NCBI RefSeq assembly: GCF_001194135.2
Contig: NC_069001.1
Span: 32,504,802-32,568,801, forward strand
Direction: 5' to 3'
Length of the DNA stretch: 64,000 nt
Origin: Octopus bimaculoides
Taxonomy: Eukaryota
Of this stretch, positions 12,866-25,480 are shown one piece after another; within the stretch, counting starts at the first letter, position 1; every line of letters starts with the position of its first letter. The notes under the pieces were generated by a model. It saw only the letters and a list, made by a program, of their open reading frames with translations. It had not been told where the DNA came from and searched no databases. Made by a program: the position numbers and the translations under genes.

Positions 12866-13263
12866 TTTATTTATTTATGCGCCCTTTTAAAGCCTAGTCA
12901 GGCTCATGGGCCTGGTTTCCTGGTTTCTATGGCGTATGTGTCCCACCCCACTGGACAGGACGCCAGTCCATCGCGGTGCTACTCAAGAAACAGGAAGAAA
13001 GAGTGAGAGAAGGTTGGGGCGAAAGAGTACAACGGGGGTTGCCACCACCCCCTGCTGGAGCCTCATGGAGCTTTTAGGTGTTTTCGCTCAATAAACACAC
13101 ACAACGCCCGCTCTGGGAATCGAAACCGTGATCCTCCGACTGCGAGTCTGCTGCCCTAACCACTGGGCCATTGCGCCTCCACACAAGNNNNNNNNNNGAA
13201 TCGAAACCGTGATCCTCCGACTGCGAGTCTGCTGCCCTAACCACTGGGCCATTGCGCCTCCAC
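12866..13263 (-). mobile_element. Young tRNA-derived SINE with 14-bp TSD, inserted into a piggyBac-like MITE
   Basis: Same tRNA head as 37871; A-rich tail; TSD ACAAGATAATACAT at 12852-12865 and 13264-13277. The head is duplicated across a 10-N gap (assembly artefact). Confidence 0.9.
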
Positions 13264-13831
13264 ACAAGATAATACATGAATAATTCAAAAACAATGTAAA
13301 TAAATAAGCATTACATTGATAGATAACGAATGCTAAAGGGTTAAACCTGCCATACCTGGTTAAAACAATCTAGCTGCTTTATCTTCAAACTGGCCAGATC
13401 CAGCCTCTCACACTTACCCTACAATAATATTCTAAAAATATACAATCACTTCATTGAAAGCTCAAAGCTACAAAGTAATGCATGACTAATTGCAATCAAT
13501 ATGAACAGTGTTCTCGAGCATTTTTTCAACCCTGAAAGGATGAAAGCCAAGATAGTCTCAATCCAATGAGATAAAAAAAGGAAAAAAAGGGTGGAGGTGG
13601 TGGAGGTGTAAAAAAAAAATGTCACCAAGCAATTATGCTCTAATAAACAACAGATTGTTGACTTGGCAGAAATATCAACTTGCAGAAAGTGTAATGAAAA
13701 TAGGAAAGGATAAAAAAAAATACCAACTTATTTTGAAAATAATTACAGCCATTTGCCCCTTCCTGAAACACTCTCACTAACAAACACTCAATAATTAGCA
13801 GGGGGTCAATATTTTATTACTGTTTCCTCAC

Positions 13832-13889
13832 CATGCAAACGCTCTCTCTTTTCACAACACCAGCTGCTGCTGTTGTCACCACCATAATA
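13832..13889 (-). other. Candidate 58-nt exon (coding status unresolved)
   Basis: Acceptor attatcattttcag|TAT and donor CATG|gtgagg. Open as YYGGDNSSSWCCEKRERLH (0->1) or IMVVTTAAAGVVKRESVCM (2->0); neither phase links directly to the two main exons. Confidence 0.28.
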
Positions 13890-13901
13890 CTGAAAATGAT
13901 A

Positions 13902-13936
<35 letters not shown>

Positions 13937-13937
13937 A

Positions 13938-14378
13938 ATCCTTTTTATTATAGGGATAAGGCTTGAAACTGGGTGGTGGTGGTGGGAGGGACAGGATAGT
14001 TGATTACATCAACTTCAGTGTTCAACTGGTAATTAAATTATTGACCCCGAAAAAAAATGGAAGACAAAGTCAACCTTGGTGTCATCTGAATTCAGAACAT
14101 AAAGGTGGATGAAATACTACTAGGCATTTTGTTCGGCATACTAACAATTCTGAAACTCACCACCTTAACAATCTTTTCTACTCTAGGCACAAGGCCTGAA
14201 ATTTGTAGGGGGGGNNNNNNNNNNNNNNNNNNNNNNNNNNNNNNNNNNNNNNNNNNNNNNNNNNNNNNNGCGACTAGTCGATTACATCAACACCAGTGCA
14301 TAACTGGTATATATTAATAATTTATCAACCCCGAAAGGATGAAAGGCAAAGTTGACCTTGGTAGAATGCTACCTTAAT

Positions 14379-14437
<59 letters not shown>

Positions 14438-15161
14438 TAATCTTTTCTACGAAAAGCACACAGACTGAATTTTTTTTTGCTGGGTGATTAGTTGATTACA
14501 TTGACCCCAATGTTTCACTGGTACTTAATTTATCAACCCTGTAAAGGGGTTGACTTCCGCCGAGGTTGACTTTGTCTTTCATCCTTTCTGGGTTGATAAA
14601 ATAAGCACCAGTCTCACACGGGGCGGGGTTGATGTAATCGACTAGTCCCCTCCTTCAAAATTTCAGGCCTTGTGCCACCAATAGTAGAAAGGATTATTAT
14701 TACCATTAACGAGGCAGTGAGCTGGCAGAATCGTTAGCACACTGGGCAAAATGGTCAGCAGCATTTCATCCATCATTATGCTTGGAGATCAAACGCCACC
14801 AAGGTTGACTTAGCCTTTCGACCTTCCGAGATGAAATAAGTACCAGTTAAGAACTGGGCGAAATGTAATTGGCTTACACACTCCAAAATTGCTGGCATTG
14901 TGCCTAAATTTGAAACTATTATTATTATTTATTATTATTATTATTATTAAGGTGACGAGCTGGCAAAGTCGTTAGCACGCCAGGTGAAATGCAAAATACT
15001 CAGCAGCCCTTGTTATGTTCTGATTTCAAATGCTGCCGAGGTTGACTTAGCCTTTCATCCTTTCAGGGTTGATAAAGTAAGTACCAGTTGAGCACTGGAG
15101 TCGATGTAATCAACTTAACCCCTCCTCCAAAATTTCAGGCCTTGTGCCTATAGTAGAAAGG

Positions 15162-15170
<9 letters not shown>
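13938..15170. mobile_element. Cluster of six family-A SINE copies separated by (TAA)n
   Basis: Three minus copies (13938-14545) followed by three plus copies (14555-15170). Confidence 0.8.
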
Positions 15171-15192
<22 letters not shown>

Positions 15193-15615
15193 TTATCATC
15201 ATCATCATCATAATTATTATTATTATTCCTATTATAAATAGCAAGGTCTTGATCTTTGTTACTTTTTCATTATTTTAAATAACAGTAGCAACATTAGGGC
15301 TAATAGTAGCAGTGGTGGTGGGGATGGGGTAACTCTCTTACCACCACCACCACCACCACCACCACCACCACCACCAGCCATCATTATCATCATCATCGTC
15401 ATCACCACCACCTCCATTAGCACCAGACAGACAGACAGACAGACACTTGCACACACATATTAATTAAATAACTGGCAAATAATACTTAATACATGCCATT
15501 ATTGGGCCATTTATAAACCAACCTACTTCTTTGTCAGAAAAGTGTAGGTATGTATATGCATGTGTAGGTGTGTTTGCATGTGTGTGTGTGTTTGCATGTG
15601 TGTGTATGTGTGTGT

Positions 15616-15669
<54 letters not shown>

Positions 15670-16634
15670 GATGGTGGTGATTTGTTCTTCCTGTTTTCCA
15701 TGGAGGAAAGAAAAATCTTAACAGAAGCTTCCAGTTTATGAATGGCTTAATGGAATGTTACTGAACTGATCCCCGTTCCACCATCCCCAGCTCCCACTTC
15801 AGCACCAGTTTCAATGGAGTATGAGTGAGGTATGGGAGGGAGGGAGGTTGGAGTTGGGAATGAAATGTATGAGAACAGAAAAAAATGCGAGCTATATACA
15901 TATACATACACACATGCATACATACGCATGTATACAGCTATGTGTGCTTGTATACACGCACACATTTGCATGTAGGATCAACAAAAAAATGTACTCTATC
16001 TAGAGAGATAAATATGTATGTATATATATATGTATATATATATANNNNNNNNNNNNNNNNNNNNNNNNNNNNNNNNNNNNNNNNNNNNNNNNNNNNNNNN
16101 NNNNNNNNNNNNNNNNNNNNNNNNNNNNNNNNNNNNNNNNNNNNNNNNNNNNNNNNNNNNNNNNNNNNNNNNNNNNNNNNNNNNNNNNNNNNNNNNNNNN
16201 NNNNNNNNNNNNNNNNNNNNNNNNNNNNNNNNNNNNNNNNNNNNNNNNNNNNNNNNNNNNNNNNNNNNNNNNNNNNNNNNNNNNNNNNNNNNNNNNNNNN
16301 NNNNNNNNNNNNNNNNNNNNNNNNNNNNNNNNNNNNNNNNNNNNNNNNNNNNNGGTATGGGAGGGAGGGAGGTTGGAGTTGGGAATGAAATGTATGAGAA
16401 CAGAAAAAAATGCGAGCTATATACATATACGATGGGCTTCTTTCAGTTTCTGTCTTCCAAATCCACTCACAAGGCTTTGGTCGGTCTGAGACTATGGTAG
16501 AAGATACTTACCCAAGGTGCCATGTGGTTGGTAAGCAAGCTACTTACCACACAGCCACTCCTGCACCTATCTATATACTATACATGTATGTGTGTGTATA
16601 TATATGCATACACATATAAACACAAGATATATGA

Positions 16635-16695
<61 letters not shown>

Positions 16696-18098
16696 AAGAC
16701 AAATGAACAGTTTTTGATTTTCAAACCGTATTGGTTTCTCATCAGAAAGGTCTACATCATCTGACAAATATATAAACACACACACACAACAATTTCCAAT
16801 ATTAAAAATGGCAATTGAAAGTGGTAAAATTTAAATGGTAATTTAAAGCTAGCAAAAAAAATAATAAACAGGATACAACAGTGGCACCTAGGATTTTGGT
16901 GGTTGGATATGTTGGATGGGAGAAATAAATGTAATACCAGGACATAACAAAAAAGCCTAAAAGTCTTCACACTTCAGCTTTCAGGAAACTGACAAATTTA
17001 ATGCTTATTCATTTACATTGTTTTGAATTTAATTAATTCTGCATTATCTCGCAGTTTTAAGATTTCGATGAAGTGATCATTTATTTTTAGAGTGATATTG
17101 TAGGGTAGGAGTGAGAAGCTGGATCCAACTGCTTTGAACATAAAACAAAATATCTGGACTGGATACAACTGGTTCAAATGCTAAATGTTTATGTGAATAA
17201 GAACGATATATCTCACAAATCTAGGGAGCACATAGAAGCTAACTCATTCTTCTAAGTAATAACCAAAGCATCTTCATATATATTTAGGACTAAATTATCA
17301 AATTTGTCTTCTTTTTTGTTTTTAAAAGTACAAAATTACTTAACTCTTTAGCATTCAGATTACTCAGTCAAATTTAATGCTTTTTCATTTACATTATTTT
17401 GAATTAATCCTAAATTACCTTATTGCTCCCAGATTTCAATGATGTGATTGTTTACTTTTAGAATGACAATACAGGTTATGTGTGAGAGGCCAGATCTAGC
17501 CAGTTTGAACATAAATCAGGAAGATATTTGGGCTAGATATGGCCAGGTGTCCAGGTCTAATACGAAAGGGTTAAATGTATAATATCTTATAATAATTCCT
17601 GGATTTATGAGAGTGTCAGGAAGAGGAGAAAAAGAAGTGAGAACATAATTTGGACTGCCAGCTCATACATTAAGTCTCCTGGGAATGTTGCTCCTATGGA
17701 GATAGACTGGCTTCTATCCAGAATGAGCCTCACCTACCATCTGTTATCTGTTTAACATAAAGCTGAACACAAGATGTAAGCACAGGATAAATGAATTCGT
17801 ACAGTTGGGTCATGAAAATATTAGCCAGAACATGTTGATTAGATATTTCAAACATGCAGCTTGGCAGGGTGTTTTCATTCACTTCACACCAAATATCCGC
17901 AAGGCGAATGTTTCATATTGCCACCACCCTCACCTCACCATGCATTGTCAAGGTGAAATAAATATTCATCCATCATGTTTCTGATTTAACCCTTTGGGCC
18001 CTGACCGCTTTAGCACTATTTGATCCTGTGATGGGGTCCTGAGCCATTTGTGCCCTGTTCTGACAGGGATTAGAAACAAAGCAGTCAAAATATATATA

Positions 18099-18297
18099 CA
18101 AGGGGGTGCTGAAAAGTTCCTGGCTTTAGGTAAAAGAAAATACAAGATCTGTTAATTGTGATTTTATCTAACATATTCCTCTCTCAGATTCACACACTTA
18201 CTGCAATGGTCCTTCAGTTTTTCTAAGCCCTGTAAAAGGACTTGGAAGGTTGGGCCTTCATCCAGGCCTTTCACAATACTCTTAAAGCCAGGAACTT
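18099..18297. mobile_element. Mariner-type MITE
   Basis: TA followed by CAAGGGGGTGCTGAAAAGTTCCTGGCTTT; the inverted copy AAAGCCAGGAACTT at 18284-18297 runs into the gap. Confidence 0.75.
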
Positions 18298-18569
18298 NNN
18301 NNNNNNNNNNNNNNNNNNNNNNNNNNNNNNNNNNNNNNNNNNNNNNNNNNNNNNNNNNNNNNNNNNNNNNNNNNNNNNNNNNNNNNNNNNNNNNNNNNNN
18401 NNNNNNNNNNNNNNNNNNNNNNNNNNNNNNNNNNNNNNNNNNNNNNNNNNNNNNNNNNNNNATTTGAACTCGGAATGTAACAACAAGCGAAATACTGCTA
18501 AGCATTTCGCCCGGCATGCTAACGTTTCTGCCAGCTCACTGCCTTAATAAAATAAGTATATTGTGCTTG

Positions 18570-19095
18570 AGAAGACCCGGCAAGCCAAGTGAGACCGTAG
18601 CCATGATTATGCCAGTGTTGCATAACTAGCCCATTTAAGAGTACCCTTCAATCATTGGGCAATATACTGCACTTGAGAAAGCCTGTTGAGTTAAGTGAAA
18701 TCATTGTTGTGGCTGACGCCAGTACTGTCTGACTGGCACGTAAAAAGTGCCATTTGAGTGTTGTCGATGCCAGTGCCGCCTGACTAGTCCCATGCCAGTG
18801 GCATGTAAAAAGCACCATGCGAGCATGGTCATTGCCAGTGTTGCCTGACTGGCTCCTGTGCCAGTGACATGGAAAAAGCACCACTCGAATGTGGTCGTTG
18901 TCAGTGTTGCCTCAATGGCCCCTGTGCTGATGGGATGTAAAAAGCACCCACTACACTCTTGGAGTGGTTGGCATTAGGAAGGGCATCAAGCTGTAGAAAC
19001 CTCACCAGATCAGATTGGAGCCTGGTGCAGCCTCTTGGCTTGCCAGTCCTCAGTCAAACCGTCCAACCCATGCCAGCATGGAAAGCAGACATCAA
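18570..19095 (+). mobile_element. SINE/non-autonomous retroelement family 'C' (GGTTGGCATTAGGAAGGGCATC core, (GAT)n tail) with internal ~62-bp tandem units
   Basis: Other copies at 700-1140, 4653-4950, 8090-8415, 48575-48850, 52626-53040, 55420-55575 and 57300-57760. Confidence 0.8.
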
Positions 19096-19849
19096 ATGGT
19101 GATGATGATGATATACACCTGGTTTTAGAAACAAATCAACATGAAATTTTGATGGATGGTTGTTATTCAGATCATTTTAAAACAAGAAGTTTGTATCATA
19201 GAACCAAAGGCAGTCTCAGGCAAGTTGGCATCAAAAGGGTTAACCTTTTAGCATATGAACTGGCCATACATGGTTAAAATATTCTACCTGTTTTATGTTC
19301 AAACTGATTAGATCAGGCCTCTTACACTTAGCCCTGAGTGTCACTCTAAAAATAAACAGTCACATCATTAAAATATTGAAGCTACAACACAATGCATGAT
19401 TAATTCAAAGCAATGTGAATAAATCTTACATTATAAAAGAGAAGCTGATCTCAGTCTGTCTGTCTGTAACAACATCTGCATAGAGGGAAGACGGAGAAGA
19501 GAAAAAGTTGTTGAGAGAGAGAGAGAGAGAGAGTGAAAGATAGATAAACAGGTAGTGTTGTCACCTTAGTAACTAACAAGTTTTGATTAAAAACACAGGA
19601 ATTTTAAGTGCAAGTCTGTCAACATAATGCAACGCAAACTTCAAAAAGGACTATATGGATATATATAATACATGTGGTTATTCGGGGGGGNNNNNNNNNN
19701 NNNNNNNNNNNNNNNNNNNNNNNNNNNNNNNNNNGCCTGTCTTTCAACAAATAGACAAATAAACACAGACTTTAAAACAAAACAAAAAAAAAACCCTGGT
19801 GTTCGTTGAACATAGCCTTTTGAAATATTTGCTCTGTTTCAAGTTTCAG

Positions 19850-19883
19850 ATACTTCCTTGATGAACTTATTGCCAGAATTGCA
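19850..19883 (+). CDS. Candidate 34-nt plus-strand exon (D-TSLMNLLPEL, phase 1->2)
   Basis: Acceptor ctctgtttcaagtttcag|AT; donor GCA|gtaaac. Confidence 0.18.
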
Positions 19884-20499
19884 GTAAACCAGTGCATGAT
19901 TGGCCTATTGAAAAAAACCTAATTATAGCTAAGTCAAACTGGGTCACTCGAGAATTAGTTTCCTGGCCATTGACTCAAGAGAGTGCCAGTGACAGGATAT
20001 GAACCACTGACCTCTCAGCTGGCTGCCCTGTACCTTACCAACTAGGCTATCTGTGTTCTCTTGTATTAATGCTTATCTTCAATGTAATTAAGTGGCTGGC
20101 TTAATTCCAGCACACACTACAACATTTCAGATGTTTAAGCAGCTAAGTCAAATAGGAGACCCAAGGACAATTGAGGAGGACCTAATTAGTTAAATTGTCA
20201 TTTAATATACAAGGGCAGCTGGAGAGGAGAGTGGTACAGACAATAACACAAATCAGAACAATAGTTAAAATAAAAAGTCTCATATTATTTCCAAATACCT
20301 TCCAATTAGTTAATTAACACACACACACACACACATACAGATGTGCCATTAGTAATTTAAAATCTTGTACACACACACAAACACACATGCATACATATAA
20401 ATATACATACATATGTCCATACACACAAACATACATACAAACATATATACACACATATATGCACATACATATACATATATATATGCACATATATGCACA

Positions 20500-20543
<44 letters not shown>

Positions 20544-22258
20544 TATANNNNNNNNNNNNNNNNNNNNNNNNNNNNNNNNNNNNNNNNNNNNNNNNNNNNN
20601 NNNNNNNNNNNNNNNNNNNNNNNNNNNNNNNNNNNNNNNNNNNNNNNNNNNNNNNNNNNNNNNNNCTCTCTCTCTCTCCCTGAGAATCAGAGATAGGAGA
20701 GCCAGAGACATTTTGCCTTATCTATAAACTATTTATCTCTTCTGGAGAGTCTAGAAGAGTGTATTCTGGTAACTGATAACACTGTTGCTAATTAATTCCT
20801 CTTCTCAGACTTTCTCATGTTGGAAATTAATTCCTGGTAAACGATATTTACCTTATCTATAAGAAGTAAATAAAATGAAAAAAAAAAAAAAAAAAATCCT
20901 TTTTACTCTTAAAAAAATATCCTTTTATTCATTGAACACACACACACACACACGTATTAAATAACTAAACACAATTATCTTTATCTACCAAACACTCTAC
21001 AAATTTTATAGAAACATGTTGTAGTTAGTCTTTTATAATAATCCTCTAGTCTACTATTAGAATTATATTAGAAGACTAGCAGGCACCAAGTTGTCTTAAA
21101 GGAATTATTAATCCTAAACTGGCCATATCCGGATTCAAGCCATCCAGATTTAGCCTCTCACAAATAAGCAATCACATCATTGAAATCTTAAAGCTATAAG
21201 ACAATGCATGACTAATTCAAAATGATATGAATTAATAAGCAATACATTTGACACAATCATCATCAACATCGTTTAATTATCTGAATGCTAAAAGTGTGAA
21301 ACCAAGTAGTATTTTGATTGGTACTTTATCTTATCAAGCCTGGAAGAATAAAAGACAAAGTTGAGTTTGGCCACATTTGATTGCATTTCTTACCATATTT
21401 CCGTAGAAATACACTAAATTTGTTTTAATTAATTTTGAAAAATTTTGAAGAATTTAGCAAAATATAGCTGAAGACACTTGCCCAAAGTGCCGTGCAAATA
21501 GGACTGAACCCAAAACCATACCTATTAGTTGCTTCACAAATAATTTCATCCTTCATCAAAAATAGTGAAAAAGTAAATGAATTTGCTGCCAATTTCAATG
21601 ATGGCTATTCTAGTTTGATCATCAGAATTACCTATTCATTGCATTATGGTGTAAATGGGTCAGGTATCTGAGAGCAGTTGTACCCTTATCTCTTTAGCAT
21701 TCAGATTACTCTGTTGAATGTAAAGCTTATTCATTCAATTTGTTTTGAATTCATCATGTATTATCTTAATATTTCAATGGCATTATATTTTTTTAGAACG
21801 ACAACATAAGATAGGTGTAAAAAGTTAGACCTGGCTAGTTTGAATATGAAATAGCTAGAATATTTGGGCCAGATATGCCAGTTTAAATGCTAAAGGGTTA
21901 ATGTAATCCTCTGGTTGAGTTAGTGTGACAAAGCTGGTTTATTAAATTACATTCCTCCAGACGAGCTTCAGTACAATTTCTAAGCATTTAATTTCACTGC
22001 TAGAAATAATAGCCAAATGTCTCTCAAATCACACTGTATTATCTTAGACAACAAGTATACTTTAAAAAAAATATAGTCCTACATACACTGTGTTTGAATA
22101 AATGATGGAATGGTCAAGGCTGGGATGTCTTTGATCACAAATCTCCTGGATAATGACTGACATGATGTGAAGCAACAGCAAAAACCATTTAGTCATAAAT
22201 CAAAGATATTCAGCCATAGTAAGTCTACATTTGGCTGACTGATTCTTCATCTAACCAG

Positions 22259-22304
22259 ATACGAGGAAGAAAAAGACGACATAGCACAGAGATTGTGTGA
22301 ATAG
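22259..22304 (+). CDS. Candidate plus-strand terminal exon (Q-YEEEKDDIAQRLCE-stop, phase 2)
   Basis: Acceptor gattcttcatctaaccag|A; CpG-retaining unique patch. A minus-strand acceptor also lies nearby, so the strand is uncertain. Confidence 0.18.
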
Positions 22305-22712
22305 TAGCGTTCAAGCAAACACCTCGCTGTTGTATATGAAGATTTTTAGGGGTTTGCTCAACCTGTAAGAAACAGTAGACCAAATTTCCTTAAAAAAAAC
22401 TCAAAAAACTCCCCACCTCTTACCTGTTACAAACAGAGATACGTTGGAGAATATAACTTTAGAAAACTAAATGGTATAACCACACATAGAATGACCTAGG
22501 GTTAAACAACAATAACAACACACATCTATTGATAAACACAGATATATATATACGTATATATATATACACATACGTATGTATACATATATGTATAGTTTAA
22601 CACACACACAAATATATATGTATACACACAGACATCTATCTGTGCGTGAGTGAATGAGTAGTGTGTGAAAGAGAGAGGGAGGGAGGGNNNNNNNNNNGGA
22701 GGGAAAGAGAGT

Positions 22713-22747
<35 letters not shown>

Positions 22748-23566
22748 TGTGTGTGTGTGTGTCTGTTTGCATGGAAGTTTATTTTAAACTAAATCTTTCT
22801 CACTTTTGTTGTTATTTAAACCCAGGATATTCTAGGTGCAAGCATTCCATTTTATCTGTTTTCAGATATAGTATATCTAGAGATACATTGTCCAAAGTGT
22901 ACTTTTATATATACATATGAATATTTCTTTTTTAATGCATACACACACACACACACGCAAAAGTAGCAATGCAAAGTACTGATTGATTTTTACTTCATCT
23001 ATAACTAACTAGGTTACCACATCTACCACACAGCATTGAAAATTAAAAAAAAAAATCAAATTATTCACTAACCTAGCAGTTGCCTGAGGTGGAAAATAAT
23101 GGAAACACTGGAGTGAAATATCAATTTTATACTGAACAGTATTGAAAAAAAGAACAAAAAAATTCCAAATACATGGTGTGGTATACAGAAAAACTATTGT
23201 GGTCATGTGGTAAGAAGTTTGCTTTCCAACCATATGGTTCTGGGTTCAGTCCCACAGCATGTCACTTTAGGCAAATGTCTTCTACTATAGGTGCAGGCTG
23301 ACCAAAATTTTGTGAATGGACTTAGTAGACAGAAACCAAAAGAAGTCCATTACACACACACACACACACAGTATGAAGAAAAGAAAGAATGAATAGAAAA
23401 ACACTTGGTATCAGTTTAGAGAAGCAGTTCACAATTGGGGTTCAAATGACTCCTTTGAGCCCATGCAAGATTTCTGGGGTTCATGTAAGCAACATAGTAA
23501 ATTGGAGACCCGCAGTGGTATACTGCGTTTCTGCTGTGTTTGTCCCCAACCACCACTTGACAACTG

Positions 23567-24445
23567 GAAGAGTTATTGATGTTTCAAGCTTATGCACTTC
23601 TACAGAGAGGAACGAAGAAAAAAAAAAAAAAACAGATGGAGAGAGGTAAAAAAAACAGCAAGTGTGTTTGTGTGTATGTGTTTGTCATAGCCTACTCTGT
23701 TCCAACAGTGATTGTTTGCTTATGGTCCCATAACTTAGAGGTTCAGCAAAAGGGACTGAGAGAATAAGTACCAGACTTTAAAAAAAAACACAAGTACTTG
23801 GATCAATTTATTTGATGAAACTCTTAAAAATGGTGCCCCAGCATGGCCTCAGTCCAATGCCTAAAACAAGTAAAAGCTAAAAGATAAGTATCAAGAGAAG
23901 AATGCATACACTTTGATACCAATACATGTCTAAGACAGATAACATAACTTTGATATTTAAGATTTTTTCTTTCAAATGTAAAGAATGCAGTTGTGATTAC
24001 AGGAAATGCATAAGGCAAATTACAAAAACAAAACAGAAAAAAAAACCTTCTTGGAAGGTTTAATCCTTTAGTGTTCAGATCATTCTGTCAAATCTATATA
24101 TTAGTTTGATGTTCAGAAAAAATGGAAAAGTTATTGATGTTTCAAGCTTATGCTCTTCTTCAGAGAGGAATGAGGAAAGAAAACAAATGGAGAGAGGTAA
24201 AAAAAAAAAAACNNNNNNNNNNAAAAAAAAAAACTGTGTGTTTGTCATCCCCTACTCTGCTTCACCGGTGATTGTTTGTTTATGACCCAATAACTTAGAG
24301 GCTCAGTGAAAGGACTGAGTGAAAGTACTAGACTTAAATAAAAAAAATTAAAATAAACGTAAGTATTAGGATCAATTTATTTGATGAAACTCTTAAAAAT
24401 GATGCCCCAGCATGGCCCCAGTCCAATGCGTGAAACAAATAAATA
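23567..24445. repeat. Local direct duplication (~310 bp; copies at 23567-23876 and 24124-24445)
   Basis: Both copies start GGA(A/G)AGTTATTGATGTTTCAAGCTTATGC and run into a family-B SINE tail; visibly diverged, so not an assembly echo. Confidence 0.8.
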
Positions 24446-24651
24446 GAATAAGAGATGAAAAAAAACCCACTCAAAAAAGACAGAAAGTAATAACATCAAT
24501 AAAACAAACACGAGTACGATCACCACCAGCCAAACGTGACAGAAGTTTGGAAGAGCAACAAAGGAAGACCGATCTAGTTAGCAACAATGAATAGCAATCA
24601 AAGCTGGACAAGGTTACACCAGGATATATAATTAGGAAATCTTTTTATAAC

Positions 24652-24759
24652 CCAATGGTTGTGGTGGACGTGGTAGAAGTGGAGAAGTGAATGGCGGGGT
24701 GGGTTTATGAGGGCAATGTTTGTCAAACAGCACTTCATGGAACTGATATATATTAACCA
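24652..24759 (-). CDS. Candidate Pro-rich cassette exon, phase 1-1 (VVNIYQFHEVLFDKHCPHKPTPPFTSPLLPRPPQPL)
   Basis: Good acceptor ctgttgtctttcag|TG; 108 nt open in phase 1-1; lies in a unique, GC-richer patch. Donor G|gttata is weak. Confidence 0.2.
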
Positions 24760-24789
24760 CTGAAAGACAACAGTCACATACATATACTC

Positions 24790-25480
24790 ACAACCTGGGT
24801 GTATCTATGTATGTGTAATGGTGATGGCGTGTTTGTGTATGCATGTATTACTATGTGATGCTTATGAGTCTATGTTCATACGACTCTGTGTGTGTGGTGT
24901 ATAGACATGTATTACTGTATGATGTTTATGTGCATATGTATGTATGTATGACTGAATAGTGTGTGTGTGTGTTTGGTGTGGTACATGTAAGTACTGTGAT
25001 GTAGCGTAGTTGTGTGAGAGTGTGCGTGCATTAGTGGTTGATGTGCTTGTGTGTCTGTGTATGTATATGTATTACTAAATGGTGTGCGTGTGTATGTATG
25101 CATTTATTACTATGTGGGGTGTGTGTGCATTTGTATGCATGTATTACTACAGTGTGTGTGTGTGTATGTATACATATATTACTATGTGGTGTGTGCATGG
25201 ATTCGTATGTATTACTGCAGTGTGTGTGTGTGTGTGTATGTATTCATGTATTACTATGTGGTGTGTGTATTACTGCAGTGTATGTGTGTGTGTGATGTGA
25301 TGTGTATATGCATGTGTTATTCTGTGGTGTGTGTGCACACATTGTATTACTGTAGTGTGTGTATGTGTGTTGTTGTTGTGTGTGTATGCATGTATGTGTC
25401 TGATGTGATGTATTTGTGTAATCATGTATTATTGCGTGTGGTGTGTGCATCTGCAGTGTACGTGTGCATGTGGTGGGGGA
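24790..25480. repeat. Compound minisatellite: ATGTATTACT(A/G) cores in (GT)n spacers
   Basis: Roughly a dozen TATTACT cores separated by GT/GC-rich dinucleotide runs. Confidence 0.75.

Noticed and set aside
13118-13268. Tandem duplicate of the SINE tRNA head
   Set aside because: Identical sequence either side of a 10-N gap; unmerged contig overlap.
15259-15456. ORF with poly-Gly/Met and a hydrophobic tail
   Set aside because: Stacked (CCA)n, (CAT)n and (CAGA)n microsatellites.
15829-16430. Identical ~75-bp block on both sides of the 16045-16353 gap
   Set aside because: Perfect identity across a gap suggests an assembly echo; cannot be called a real duplication.
17600-17980. Several 55-85-codon stop-free frames in unique sequence
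   Set aside because: No consistent splice pair or recognisable motif; within chance expectation.
24790-25480. CRISPR-like repeat-spacer appearance
   Set aside because: Eukaryotic context, degenerate cores, low-complexity spacers and no cas genes.
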